Source of the DNA: a virus
Direction: 5' to 3' (one strand)
DNA length: 64,000 nucleotides
Virus record (IMG/VR): IMGVR_UViG_3300028610_002211
Span: 1 to 64,000 of that record
The position numbers were made by a program, and so were the translations under genes. The notes under the pieces are model-generated. The model was not told the DNA's origin. It searched no databases and saw only the letters and a list, made by a program, of their open reading frames with translations. Each line of letters starts with the position of its first letter. Position 1 is the stretch's first letter. Shown here one piece after another: positions 40,923 to 52,542 of this stretch.

Positions 40923-42778
40923 ATGGACAAAACACAAAAAAGTAATCCATCAGTAACAGAGATTGTGAAAGATTGGTTGAAAGAACACGGCTTTGACGGG
41001 CTTTATAATGTTGATTCACAATGCGGTTGCGCGGTTGACGATTTTGCGCTTTGTGGTCAAATTTATTTAGACTGTCAAGCCGGTTATAAAGCTAAAATGG
41101 GTAGCGATTCTGAAGACGATTATGGTATTGGTCCAGAAAAAGACCTGTGGTATTGGTCCACAAGAGCTCAAAAGGTAAAAACAAAAAAGAAATAAGGGGT
41201 TGATTTATGCATTTAGAAACAAAGGAAGTGTCAGACAAAGTGATTGAGGGGTTCGAGCCGGTACCAGAGCGCCTTTCTGACGCTGCAAAACAGGTTTTGG
41301 ATGGTTTCACCCGGGTAACCGCTACACGAGCAACACAAGGCGGTAGAGACCTTATAACTTGGGCCAAACACGAGCTAAAAACGAAAAAACACAAAAAGGC
41401 CAAGCGCAAGCAAAAAAAGCAATCGAAACGAAAAAACAGGTCGAAAAAATGAAAAAAATTGATCTGATAAGAGCAAAAAGGCCGATAGGATCGATAAAAC
41501 AACATGAAATGTTGGCAGGCGGTTTGCAGTCCTTGGCAGATTTGATAATAATGCTCGCCAAAGGTCAAAGAACGGTTTGGATTTTAACGATAGTTAACTT
41601 TTTGTTGTTTATTTTACATTTTTACCACTTTCACTAAACGTTTTGAACAAAAAGAGCTCAAAAATGACAAAAGAACCGAAAAAAGACCAATTTGAAGAAA
41701 CGTTGTGTAAGGAGATAGTGAAAAAATTCGGTGAAGACTGGGCGGCAATAGAAGATCGATATTATGAACGGTTGCAAAGACAATTAATAGCATACGAAGA
41801 TGAAAAAAAAGACAAATTGAAGATCGCGAGCCTTGAAAAGCGCGTTTTAGAGCTCGAATTAGCAATTGATCGACTTGCTAGAGCGACCGATGGAAATAAT
41901 TGGGCGGGGGTGCCTCGCTATCGGGACCAAAAACACGAAAATGAAAAAAAAGACAAAAAACAAGAAAATAAAAGTTAAAAAAAGCTTGGTTATCAAGTTT
42001 GAAGTGTCAGAAACAGAAGACGGCGGTGTAAATGGAACTATCAAGCTAGTTTATATTGATTACGACACTCAAAAGGATGAAAAACAATGCCTTCTTTCAA
42101 AATAACTCAAAAAACTGATAACGAATGGAACCTTCACGTAACGTTTATTATCGGTACCACGCAAATTTATGCGAGATATGTTGATAAAACTAAAACAGAA
42201 GTTGTTGCCAAAGCGCTAAATGGACTTAGGAACATGTGTGATAAAATAAGCGAGGTCCGAAGCCAGTTGTTATCAGAATATGACAAAGAATGACCAAAAA
42301 CCCCTAGAAAGGAAAAAACAAAATGAAGGACTTGAGCGAAACAGATTTGAAAGAAAAACTGTTGGTTGGAACAAAGGCATATGTGTTGATAGAAAGTATA
42401 GACCCGTACGACATAGAAGCGGGCAAACTTGTCCAGTTGGACAAACTGACGGTTATGGGAGTGATTGTTTGCGACCGTTTAGAAGAGGAAACAAGGAGTC
42501 TTGTGACGGATCGGGTGTTTACCACTTACAAAATAGCTCCAACTAGCTTAGAAGAAGCAAACAAACTTCCCAAACCAAACCCAAACGAAAAGGATTGGGA
42601 CAAGCCGCTTGAATATGACGGTCCGATCGCTTGCACCGAACGGCAACTGTTAGAGATAATCGAAGATGAGTTTGTTGCGTTTGAAGCGTTTTATGCCGGT
42701 CTGGTTAACATGACCAGGGCTTATATAGCGCACAAAAAACACGCTTTAACTGAACAAGAGCTTTTTAACACTCTTTAA
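40923..42778 (+). CDS. Run of small hypothetical genes (40923, 41207, 41449, 41664, 42087, 42323)
   Basis: Packed + ORFs. Confidence 0.55.
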
Positions 42779-42798
42779 CGCAAGAAAAGGAGAAAAAA

Positions 42799-43047
42799 AT
42801 GGGATTTAACATTGAAAACAACTTTACTTACCACCCCCCAGGAAAATGGGACATTGAAGTTTATCAAAAGATCCGAGACAAGGCAAAAGAGTTTGCAGAG
42901 CTCATTGAAAAGCTTTGTCCAGACTCGCGAGAACTATCAATAGCCTTTGGGAAGGTCGAAGAAGCGGTAATGTGGGCCAATGCGGCCCGAGCTCGTTACA
43001 AAGTATCCCCGACCGGTCCGGAGCCTCACAAGGGAAAAAAACAATGA
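42799..43047 (+). CDS. Acb2/Tad1-hairpin family protein (candidate nucleotide-signal sponge)
   Basis: NNFTYHPP...IRDKAKEFA..I...CPDSRELSIA..KVEEAVMWANAARAR resembles the Tad1 SRE..AL..VEEA.MW helix. Confidence 0.65.
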   Translation: MGFNIENNFTYHPPGKWDIEVYQKIRDKAKEFAELIEKLCPDSRELSIAFGKVEEAVMWANAARARYKVSPTGPEPHKGKKQ

Positions 43048-43244
43048 AAAGACAGGTAAGAATATCCAAGAAAGAGGTAGAAGCGCTTCAAAATGACGGT
43101 TTAGACAAACCACAAATGGAAGCGATAAGACTGGCCCGAGCTCGGGCGGGTTTGTGTCTGTACGATGCTGCAAGATTGATAAACGGTTATCGACGAAACG
43201 GCCAAATGTCGATCATGGTATCATGGATGCGTAATGATGCGTGA
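43044..43244 (+). CDS. Small protein with ribosomal L7/L12 C-terminal-like motif
   Basis: MEAIRLARARAGLCLYDAARLI. Confidence 0.4.
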   Translation: MKRQVRISKKEVEALQNDGLDKPQMEAIRLARARAGLCLYDAARLINGYRRNGQMSIMVSWMRNDA

Positions 43245-44103
43245 CACTCTTTAACACATGTATAACGATCGAGTTATACTCAGAAAGGAATTGTAAAATG
43301 GGTGAACGTTCAACGATAGTTTTAAACGATAAATGGTGTTGGGTCAATATAGAAATGAAGGATATAAAAAAGGGCGATATATTCCGATCACTAGAAGCGA
43401 ACAAAACACCAGTTTGGGGCGACGGTGCCTTTAAGAGCATTAGAACGTTTATCGCTCTTAAAGACGCAGAAATAAAAAAGGGTGTTGCCGGTGTCGTATC
43501 GGACGGGGTTCCGTGTGTGAATGAATACACACGAACATACATCGATATGGAAAACAACGAACACGCGTATAACGGCCGAACTATCCTTTAACACGTTTTA
43601 ACGCAAAAAGGAGAAAAAACGATGAAAAAAGTCAATATTTTGTTAACTTTTGAAGTTGATGACGATTGTGATACAACTGCATTAACAGATTGTATACGTT
43701 GCATGACTGATGACTTCGATTACGAATTTATCAAAGAAGATACCGGTTCGAGTGCGACTTTATCCGGAATAAAAGAAGTTCAAAGTCTTCTTTAACGTGT
43801 TTTAACAACCACAGAAACAAAAAAAGGAGAAAAACGATGAACGAAAGTAAAATGAAGCTTTTTTTAGTATCGGACAAACCGAAAGAACAGTTCAATAGTT
43901 CAAGAGACGATCACATAATCATTTTGGCAAAAACAGAAGAAAACGCACTAAAGCTCGCAAAAGAAGAAAATCCGGCTTTGTGTTTGAGAGGTAGTATTGC
44001 TGTATTGGAAGATGAGAAACACGAAAGGATATTAGTATCCGTTAAATACAACAAGCATTATAATCCGCTGATTGGCGCGACAGCACTCCTTAAACACGCT
44101 TAA
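43241..44103 (+). CDS. Three hypothetical genes (43241-43591, 43622-43795, 43837-44103)
   Basis: The last two have AAGGAG SDs; 43622-43795 (57 aa) is below the ORF-track cutoff. Confidence 0.6.
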
Positions 44104-45014
44104 CACGCGGTCGGTTATTCGAACACACACGAACACGCAGCAAAACACCCCCAGAACACCAACACATCCCCTAAAACGCTCGATTACACGCTAAGGTATA
44201 CCCTAGCCTACCTAACGCTCCAACACGCTTACAGACACTTACAGACATGTTTAACGATATAACGACTTGTCTTTAATTTATGAGGGTGATTATTCTAGTC
44301 TTTTGAGTACAGGCATGTTGAAATTCCCCCTATATAGACAGCGCCTTAAAGGAATACTTTAACACGCTAATTCATATATCAGAAAATCTTTAAAACACTC
44401 AAAAAACCCAAAAACCTCCAAATAGACTGAAAAAAAGGATCTGTTTCTCGTTCGAGTACTTAATTCAGATGTCGCCACAATCCCCCAAAAATCCCCCAAA
44501 CAAAAAACCACACCAAGAGCACCATAGGGGTCACAAGAGCCATAACGATAACAACAGAGATAGTAACAGCCACATATACCTCTAATCGTCCCCAGAACAC
44601 CCCTAGAATTCGGTATATGCCGATATACACGCATACACGTAGGCACGTGTAGAAGCGTAACAGAAAGCAGATGAGAGGACATACACGTGATATAGCGTTT
44701 AACGTAATTTAGATGTTTAAGAGGGAATGAGTTAGAGCGTGTTAGAGGGGATTAGTTAAACGGATTAAGGGAGTTAGAGTTGAAGAATAGATATAGCGAC
44801 CGATATAACGACCGATATAACGACCCGTGATAGTTTCGAAAGGCGGCGCGCTCCCGACCTGGGAAAACTCAAAATCAGCAGCACACCTAAACAAGAAACG
44901 TACCAATCCGAGGGGAGTTAAAGCCACGACCCCAGAAACCTTTAAACGGTTTAAACGCGTTTGTCCTCATACGCACATACACACATATAATACAAATCAT
45001 TTGTCGCTTTTATC

Positions 45015-45043
45015 TTGACATATGAGTTAGAGGTGGTTATATT
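45015..45043 (+). promoter_or_regulatory. Promoter, probably leaderless, for 45050..45292
   Basis: TTGACA-17-TATATT; ATG at +7. Confidence 0.7.
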
Positions 45044-45049
45044 AGTAGT

Positions 45050-45292
45050 ATGGCAAGAACAACAGCAATCGAATCGAAAGGAGTAACGGGAATGAAAAGG
45101 GCCGTCTGCTGTAAGTGTCGGGTCATGCGCAACACTGACGAGATGGATCGGACTGTGGGGTGTTTGGGTCAAATCGTTTGGTTGTGTCAACGGTGCAGCA
45201 ATGCACAGCACAAAGAGCAAATTCGCGAAATCTTAATTGATGCTGAATCACAAGGTGTCGATATAGATAAGTGGAGACACCTGCTCGACTAA
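45050..45292 (+). CDS. Small zinc-finger protein
   Basis: CCKC...CQRC; own promoter and a downstream GC hairpin (45302-45324). Confidence 0.6.
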   Translation: MARTTAIESKGVTGMKRAVCCKCRVMRNTDEMDRTVGCLGQIVWLCQRCSNAQHKEQIREILIDAESQGVDIDKWRHLLD

Positions 45293-45919
45293 TCCCCAAC
45301 GGGGCGCGGGTTAAACCGCGCCCTACTTCTTTAGTTCGAGTTAAAGCCGTCTTAAACCCGTTCTAACGCTCTAACTCTTTAACTCAACCCGTGGGTATTA
45401 ACTAGGGTTAGAAAGGAGCACAGAAGGGCGTATAACGGCATCACAATCGATCCTACCCCCACTGGCAATCCGATGTGGGCCGGGGGGCGGTCTGGACCCA
45501 TGTCTTACTGCCGCGCCCAACGCTCAACTTTTTCACCAAAAGCCGTTTTTAACCCATATAATCGAGTTAGAGACCTAACTATTTCACAAAAAATTTTTAA
45601 CTCGCAAAGCCAAACTTTCCCAACATCTGAGTTAGACACTACCTAACGACTTAACGACTTAACGACCTAGCGACCCAACCGCCACCCCCCTTTTAACCAA
45701 TGCCCACCTACAAAACCACAGAATAACCCACAAGCCGCTTTAACACCCTAAGACAACCAACCCTATACCCAGATGTTAGAAAGGCACACACAAAGCCCTA
45801 ATGCGACTCCAGGCCTTCGGCCTACCTACGCGCTCGGGCGCGCGCGTGGGAAACGAAGAAAGGGAAACAAAAAAGCTTCCGGAGGTGCCGGGAGGGGGCG
45901 AAGAAAAGTGAGAAAAATG

Positions 45920-45948
45920 TTGACATATGAATTCGGTGTGTCCATACT
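45920..45948 (+). promoter_or_regulatory. Promoter carrying the GAATT box
   Basis: TTGACA-17-CATACT. Confidence 0.65.
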
Positions 45949-46065
45949 TGAGAAAGCGAGGGGGGTTGAAAGGAATGAGCCTATGGACGTTTAAGGAACT
46001 GGCTTGGTATAATGGGCGTTTAGATGGTTTGGTGTGGATACTTAAGAAGATGGTGGAGTGAAATA

Positions 46066-49000
46066 ATGGTTGAAGTAATTTCAAAAGGAAAACTCAAAGT
46101 CGTTTGTAAGGTTTGCAGTTCTTTGTTGTGTGCCGAATTTGGGGAAGCGCAAGTTCTCGATTCATACCCTACAACTTGGCGCATAAAGTGTCCGGTGTGT
46201 TTTAATTGGGTCGTGTTGTCGGCCGTAGAATATGTAAAAGCGGTTATTGAACGATCCGAAGAGGCGAAGAAGGAACCCATACTTTTGTGTAACGCCAAAA
46301 TGAGTCGTTGTAACCCAGAGTTTACAAAAAACGAAAAGTTATATATCGATGGTGAGAAGTTCATAGACGAAGACGATGAACTCGCAATCGAAAAACTTAT
46401 AGAAGAAGACGAGAAAAAGGAGCAAGCCAATGAACAACGTTAAAGAGATGATCGAGAAAATCAAAGCTGAAATCAAACGTAGTGAGAAGGAGAAAGCGGC
46501 GTTACCCACTTGGAACAAGACTGAGTTATCACGGCGCGTTAATGCTCGTTTGGTTGGTAAGTTGAACGGATTGCGTTTTGCGTTGGACTTGTTGGAAGGG
46601 AAGAAAGAGGTTGACCCGAAAACGTTTACAGTTCCGAAAAATAGAGGTGACTGATGAACGAGGAAATCAAAGCTGAGATCAAACGTGTTGAGGAAAGGCA
46701 GGATACGCATTCTATTCTTTCTGCTTGGAATAGATCCGAGTCATCATGGCGTATATCATGGCGTATTACTGCGGCGCATTTAATTGGTGAGTTGAACGGG
46801 TTGCGTTTTGCGTTGGGTTTGCTACAAGGAAAAATCGAGGAAATCGAGACCGAGATCAAACGTGTTGAGAAAAAACAAAGTGACAATTTTGCCTTTTCAT
46901 CATGGCGCATCGTTGCTCGTTTAAAGGGTAAGTTGAACGGGTTACGTTTTACGTTAGATTTGTTGAAAGGAAAAGGGGATGAACGATAAGCAATGTGAAG
47001 AATTCAGAAGGTTAGCAGAAGAAAGCTCGATGTCAATTGGTGGAATGGATGGTGTGAATGACTGCGAAAATATGCTTTTAAAGTTCATGACTCCGGAGTT
47101 TATTATTGGATACTCGAAGTGGAAAGAAAAGCGTGATAGGTTGGTGAAAGTCGCAAGAGAAAAGCTGTTGACAGAAGGGAAAGAACGAAGGCAAACGCGC
47201 GATCCACCAAAATTTAATCGTCCGAAGATAAGACCACAAAAAGAAGGAAGGAAAGAGTGACTGATGGTTGAATATAAAAAGGTAGAGTGTTTATGTGGGG
47301 AAATGATACACACTAGCGTTTGGGGGACGTGGGTTGATGACCAGTGGTTTTGTGGAGAATGTCTAGTTAAAGCAGTTAGTAAAAACAAAAAAACAATCAC
47401 CAAAATCGAAGAAGAGATAATTGGTATTGAGGAAAGTTTGTTAATCACTCAAAACAACGGAACAAGAAACTTAAGAGAACACGAAAACAAAATCAAGTTG
47501 GTTGGGTTTGGGAAAGGTGAATTAAGAGGGTTGCGTTTTGCTTTAGGGTTGTTGAAAAGTGAAAAATAGTTGACCTGAAAACGAAAGGTGGAAGGGATGA
47601 ACATTGAACAAGGACTTCAACGTTTAAAAGAATTGTACGGGAATCCGGGAACTTTGTTCTTGGGTGATGCTACAGGTTCACGAGCTCGACTCACTCCGGG
47701 TCAACAAGTGGCAATCCTCATTGATGGTCCTTACCTAATAGGTACGGTTCAACGTCATCGTACACAGCGCGGGAAAATGATGATTAAGTACCACGATGGA
47801 CGAAGAAATTGGATAATCTCACCTGACAAAAACCAGGTGTTGATCGAATGGTATGATCAAATGGTAAAAAGAAAGGTGTAAAAACTAATTGACCCGAAAA
47901 CGAAAAAAGGGTTGTAAGCACGATCACAGCGTTAAGGTGAACGGCGTTTGCTGGGCGTGCTTAAAAAAGGGGTTAATGGTTTGCTTGTGTTTGGGGTGTG
48001 GGCACAAGTGGAAAGAAAAACCAGGCCCAACCGAGTGCCCAGAATGCGCCGGATTCTATGTCAAAAAGGGGTGGTAAGAATGAGATGGGAAAATATATCT
48101 TTGTTGGATGAACCAATTGAATCTAAATTAGTTTTGTCTAAAGCCGAAACAAAAGTTTTGAAAAGAGCATATGATCTTTTAAGTAAAATTAAAAACAAAT
48201 TAGAAGAAACTTACGGTGAAGATAAGGCCGAAAAAATACCATCTTGCGAACCTTGGATTTATGCAGAATCTTGGTTTAGATGTGCAATTGACGATTTGAG
48301 AGTTGATGGAATTAAATTTCCGTTAAAGGATAATAAAAACCTCGTTTTCATTCCAAAACGAGTGAGACTTGGGTTTGAAATGAGAGAATTACCATTTAAC
48401 CAAAAGCAGTTTATTGAAGTGACCGGATACATTGAAGGTGGTGACACATTAGACGCTTGCGTGTTTTGCGATTATTCGCGTGATAAGGAGTTTATCGAAA
48501 AAGGTTGCTCAATTGTCAAACTCGTTTGCGCGTTTTATCATCATCAGAGTTTTGAGGTTTCGTCAATCGGTTGTTGTCGAAAGTTCAGAGGATAAAAATG
48601 AGCAAGTATTACGTTTATTTGATAGCAAAAAAGCCGGGTTTTTTTCGTCGTTTGTTCAAGTTGCGCGGTAAAACATCAACCGTAATGAGTGACAATCCGG
48701 TTAAACCAAAATTACCGAAAGGATATATCTTCTTTTCACTTATCGGTGAAGTGAGGGATAATGAGTAAAATTGACGAAAGCGTAAAAGACTCTACGTCAA
48801 AAAAGGATGGTAAGAAATGACACGTTTAGTGGAAACGTTGCTCGATATGTTAAGAACTGTCGAAAGAGTTTGGCCCGAGCTTGGCAAAACGGCCGAATGG
48901 TTTCAAGGGTATAAAGACGGGATCGAAGTGTCGATCCAAACGATCAAAACTAAATATAGAGAACGGGCGATGAGTCTGCAAAACGCCACTGATTTGCAGC

Positions 49001-50699
49001 GCGAACAGTTAGTTGCAGCTCCACAAAAATACGATGTACTAGGCAACCTCAAAGACAAAGAGAAGCGGATAGCACGCGGGTTTGTTGATATTGGCGATTT
49101 GAGAATCGGCGACGTTGTCCAGTTTTATCAATACGGATCGCTATTTGTTGACGAAATCGGTTGTTTTACCTGGTTGGTTATTCACTTGCCGGTTAGGGGA
49201 GCTGTTCAACTATCCCGATTGCACTTTGACGCTTTAAAGAACCGCACTACAGACGAAAGACGGGGATAATGAAATCCATACAACCATTATGGTGTTTACA
49301 ATTACCTCTTCAACAACAATCCGTTTTGTTTTTGGCTTCTAGGGGGCCGGATGGAATTGACAAGGCTCACCCCTGTAAAGATGTTCAGCGCGCGTATAGA
49401 GCTACGGTATTGATTGGAGCCAAACAGGGTAGGTTGTTACATTGGGGTGAATGTGGTGATGGTTTTATAAGTTTAGATCTTTTTAGCGACGATAAAAAAT
49501 GGTCTCAAGTTTGCAATCGGTTTTTTCCATTTGTCGACAGTCTTCCCCATCATTATTATATGCATCTTTTATATGGAGTTGAAATACTTGGATATAAACA
49601 CCCTGACATACGATTCAAAAATCGGTGGAATGACTTTTACAAACGAGGAATAGAGGAATTACACTTAATGCCGGAGTCCGAACTTCAAATGGAATTGCGC
49701 CTTAATGATTGGGATCAAAAATGGTGGTAATTTTAAAAAGGAGACAGAATGAAAAGTGAAAAAAGAAGACGACTTTATAAAGGCGATTCTGTAACAATGA
49801 TGTTAGGAGAAATGGGTTATACCGAAAGATGTTGTTCAAATTGCCTTTGTTTTGAAATCGAAGAAGACGAAGAAGAAGAAGAAAGCGATTTGGGTTGGTG
49901 TAAAGCCAATCGGATTTGGCTTCAGATAGATAGCAAAGGGCGCGGTTGTTGCGAAATACACACTAAAAAAAACCCTAATCCAAGCGAAACAAGATCCCAA
50001 AAAGGTGAAAAAATGAAGTGTCCAGATTTGAGCCCGCCCGGCATGAGGGTAAGTTGAACGGGTTATGTGAATACTGCGAAAAGCCGATCGGCGCTAATCG
50101 CGTATCGCGTGATGGTTTTGATTTTTGTTCGGCGAAATGTTCGGAACAATCCCGCGATTCTGATACTTGCGAACATTGCGGGAAATCAATCGACGGTGAA
50201 CCGGTTATTTTTCGTTCCCCTGTCCACGCTCCTTTGTTTTTTTGTTCTGTTACTTGTCAACAAAAATTTGCCGAAGAAAAACGATGAAAGTCAAAATCCA
50301 CATAACGCGTGGAAGGTTTATTGAACTAAGCGACGATCTTTCATGGGAGATCTTCATTATGCGCGCCGCTCAAGTTGTGAAAACGAAAAGACACGAACAA
50401 GGATTACAACATACTGTAACCCTTGATTGGATAGCTAACATGTTTGGGTTTGACAATTGGGCGTTGTTAACGAAAAATAGAAAGACGAAATAATGAGTCA
50501 ATACCAAAAAAAATTGTTCACCGTTGTTGTCGAACAAAGGCAAAGGCTTGAAATCGAAGTAGAGGCGTTTGATGCGCGCGGTGCGCGCGGGCAAATCCAA
50601 GACAAGGGTGTAGTCGAATATGAGAAACATCGGCCAGACTGGCGCCTTGTGGGGGCGCCTGAGTTGATTGTGGTAAACACCTATGAGACGAAAAAATGA
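46066..50699 (+). CDS. Run of ~15 small hypothetical genes, including LNGLRFAL paralogs (46430, 46654, 47264), Cys-rich proteins, a conserved phage protein (49269-49730) and a glyoxalase_8-like ORF (50284-50493)
   Basis: Packed + ORFs with overlapping start/stop codons. Confidence 0.6.
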
Positions 50700-50968
50700 T
50701 TTATCAAAATCGAGACTTAATCATGAGTGCCTTGTATGGCGCAGCGCTTTTTGTAGGTGGCAAGCCCAATCCTGCTACCCTTGCCCGGGTTATGGTCGTT
50801 CAACGGTCGCAAGTTGGACGCTGGATTGGGGGCGAAGCGGTTCCTAATCAACGTAATCTCGATCAACTTAATTTACTTTGTAAGTTTTGGAAAAATCACT
50901 TGTTAGAAGTCAAGAAATTAAGAGACGATCTTGATGTGGTTTTGCTACTAGACCGTTTGAAGCGGTAA
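50696..50968 (+). CDS. XRE/Cro-like HTH regulator
   Basis: PATLARVMVVQRSQVGRWIGGEAVP. Confidence 0.65.
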   Translation: MIYQNRDLIMSALYGAALFVGGKPNPATLARVMVVQRSQVGRWIGGEAVPNQRNLDQLNLLCKFWKNHLLEVKKLRDDLDVVLLLDRLKR

Positions 50969-51012
50969 CGAATCCCCTAAATAATTTTTTTAAAATAAAA
51001 GTGAGAATTTTC

Positions 51013-51086
51013 TTGACATCTGAATTAAGAGGTGTTAAGCTTATAATATGAACAGCGCAACACAAAACACGGGAGCAAGCAAAATG
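51013..51086 (+). promoter_or_regulatory. Promoter-leader cassette, copy 2
   Basis: TTGACA-17-TAAGCT TATAAT ATG...GGGAG..ATG. Confidence 0.85.
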
Positions 51087-51638
51087 AACACGGTAACACA
51101 CAGCGAAATCAAAAATGAAATTTGTGCCCAAACCCCCCGTTTTGTAGTGGCCAAAGTTGCCGGGCGCTTTGTTCAATTCACGATCCGCAGTAACGGCCAA
51201 TGGATCGAAAAAGGCAAAAAAATCGGGCTCGGGCTCGAATTGGTTTGGAGCTAAAACGATGAAAAACGAAAGCGTAAAAGTCACCAAAGACGTTGAAATC
51301 ATACCTTGCGCGGGCAAGTGGTATGCTCACGTTATAGGTTCGCGCAAACACAACATTGGTCATCTTTGGAGTCGTCCGGTTGCACGCAAGCGCGCGATCG
51401 AAATTCAAAGTGAGATCGACGAAGGACTTATCAAAATCGTTCAACAAGGTGTAAAATGAAAACTGAAACCGATAAAGAAATCAACAAGAAGAAGGTTGCA
51501 AGGTTGCGCGAAGAAATGGCCGAACTATACAAGAAGTACACGAAGATGCAAAACGGTCCTGAACGCGAAAAACTTTGGCGCAAAGAGCGGGCATTGTTAG
51601 AGGAAATACACGGATTAGAACAACATTTGTCTTTTTAG
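51048..51638 (+). CDS. Three small early genes (51048/51084-51254, 51259-51459, 51456-51638)
   Basis: Downstream of cassette copy 2. Confidence 0.6.
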
Positions 51639-51648
51639 GGTGATCTTC

Positions 51649-51740
51649 AAAAATAAATGTCACTTTTTTCTTGACTTCTGAATTAAGCGTGTTAAACTTA
51701 TAATATGAGCGCAACACAAAACACAGGGGACAAGGCAATG
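51649..51740 (+). promoter_or_regulatory. Promoter-leader cassette, copy 3 (70 bp identical to 52081-52150)
   Basis: Exact direct repeat 51649-51718 = 52081-52150. Confidence 0.9.
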
Positions 51741-52088
51741 AAAAGTCAAATCGAGAAAAAAAGTCGCGAAATCAAAAGTCTTTTTGAGACCAGCACTGTT
51801 TCAATTACTATCGCACAAGGGAGTATTTATTTTTCGATTTGGGACAACAGAAAAGAAGATCGCGAAGAAATGGCAATCGTCAAAGCGAAAGCGGTTAAGT
51901 GGATTATGGAAAACGACGATCGCAAATGGTTGCATGCGAAATCTCGCGGTTATCGTGTTTGGTGGTGGGGCGGAAACCAAACACGCAATATGGGTTTGCG
52001 TTGTGGTATTAAAACCAAATTGACAGACGCTGAGCACCAAGCTGTTGTCGCTGGACCGGATGCGTGGCGCGCGATACAGGAAAAATAA
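51705..52088 (+). CDS. Hypothetical early protein (second start 51738)
   Basis: Flanked by identical cassettes. Confidence 0.7.
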   Translation: MSATQNTGDKAMKSQIEKKSREIKSLFETSTVSITIAQGSIYFSIWDNRKEDREEMAIVKAKAVKWIMENDDRKWLHAKSRGYRVWWWGGNQTRNMGLRCGIKTKLTDAEHQAVVAGPDAWRAIQEK

Positions 52089-52169
52089 ATGTCACTTTTT
52101 TCTTGACTTCTGAATTAAGCGTGTTAAACTTATAATATGAGCGCAACACACAAAGGAGCAAGCAAAATG
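52081..52169 (+). promoter_or_regulatory. Promoter-leader cassette, copy 4
   Basis: Same organisation as copy 3. Confidence 0.9.
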
Positions 52170-52430
52170 TTTGGACAAAACAGAATTGAAATAGTCAAAG
52201 AGACCCGTGATGATGGAACCGGCGCTTTTGAACGTTTGACCGATTCAGCGTTTTACTCGGTTAATCCCGAGCGTTGGACTAATGAAGCCGGGCGCCGATC
52301 TTGTCAGTTGGTTCTTTACTTCGAGATCCCGAGCGGGACAAAAGTTCCTGTGTTGGTAGCCGAACAAGATGATAGCTTTGGCCGGGCGCAGCTGTGGGCG
52401 CATGTCGCCGAATGTACCGCGCTAAGGTAA
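52137..52430 (+). CDS. Hypothetical early protein (second start 52167)
   Basis: Cassette-led ORF. Confidence 0.7.
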   Translation: MSATHKGASKMFGQNRIEIVKETRDDGTGAFERLTDSAFYSVNPERWTNEAGRRSCQLVLYFEIPSGTKVPVLVAEQDDSFGRAQLWAHVAECTALR

Positions 52431-52497
52431 ACCTTAACCCCCAATTTTGGGCGCCTTACGGGGCGCCCAGGGGCGTCTCGATTGTCTAACTTTTTTC

Positions 52498-52526
52498 TTG
52501 ACATGTAAAATGGCTTGGTTCATAAT
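52498..52526 (+). promoter_or_regulatory. sigma70 promoter
   Basis: TTGACA-17-CATAAT. Confidence 0.7.
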
Positions 52527-52542
52527 TGAGACAGGGTGAAAA

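Larger units (their letters stand above)
44104..45900. other. Long, mostly non-coding region (candidate genome terminus, packaging site or origin)
   Basis: Only one credible ORF; strong A/C skew; short tandem repeats; phased elements. Confidence 0.55.
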
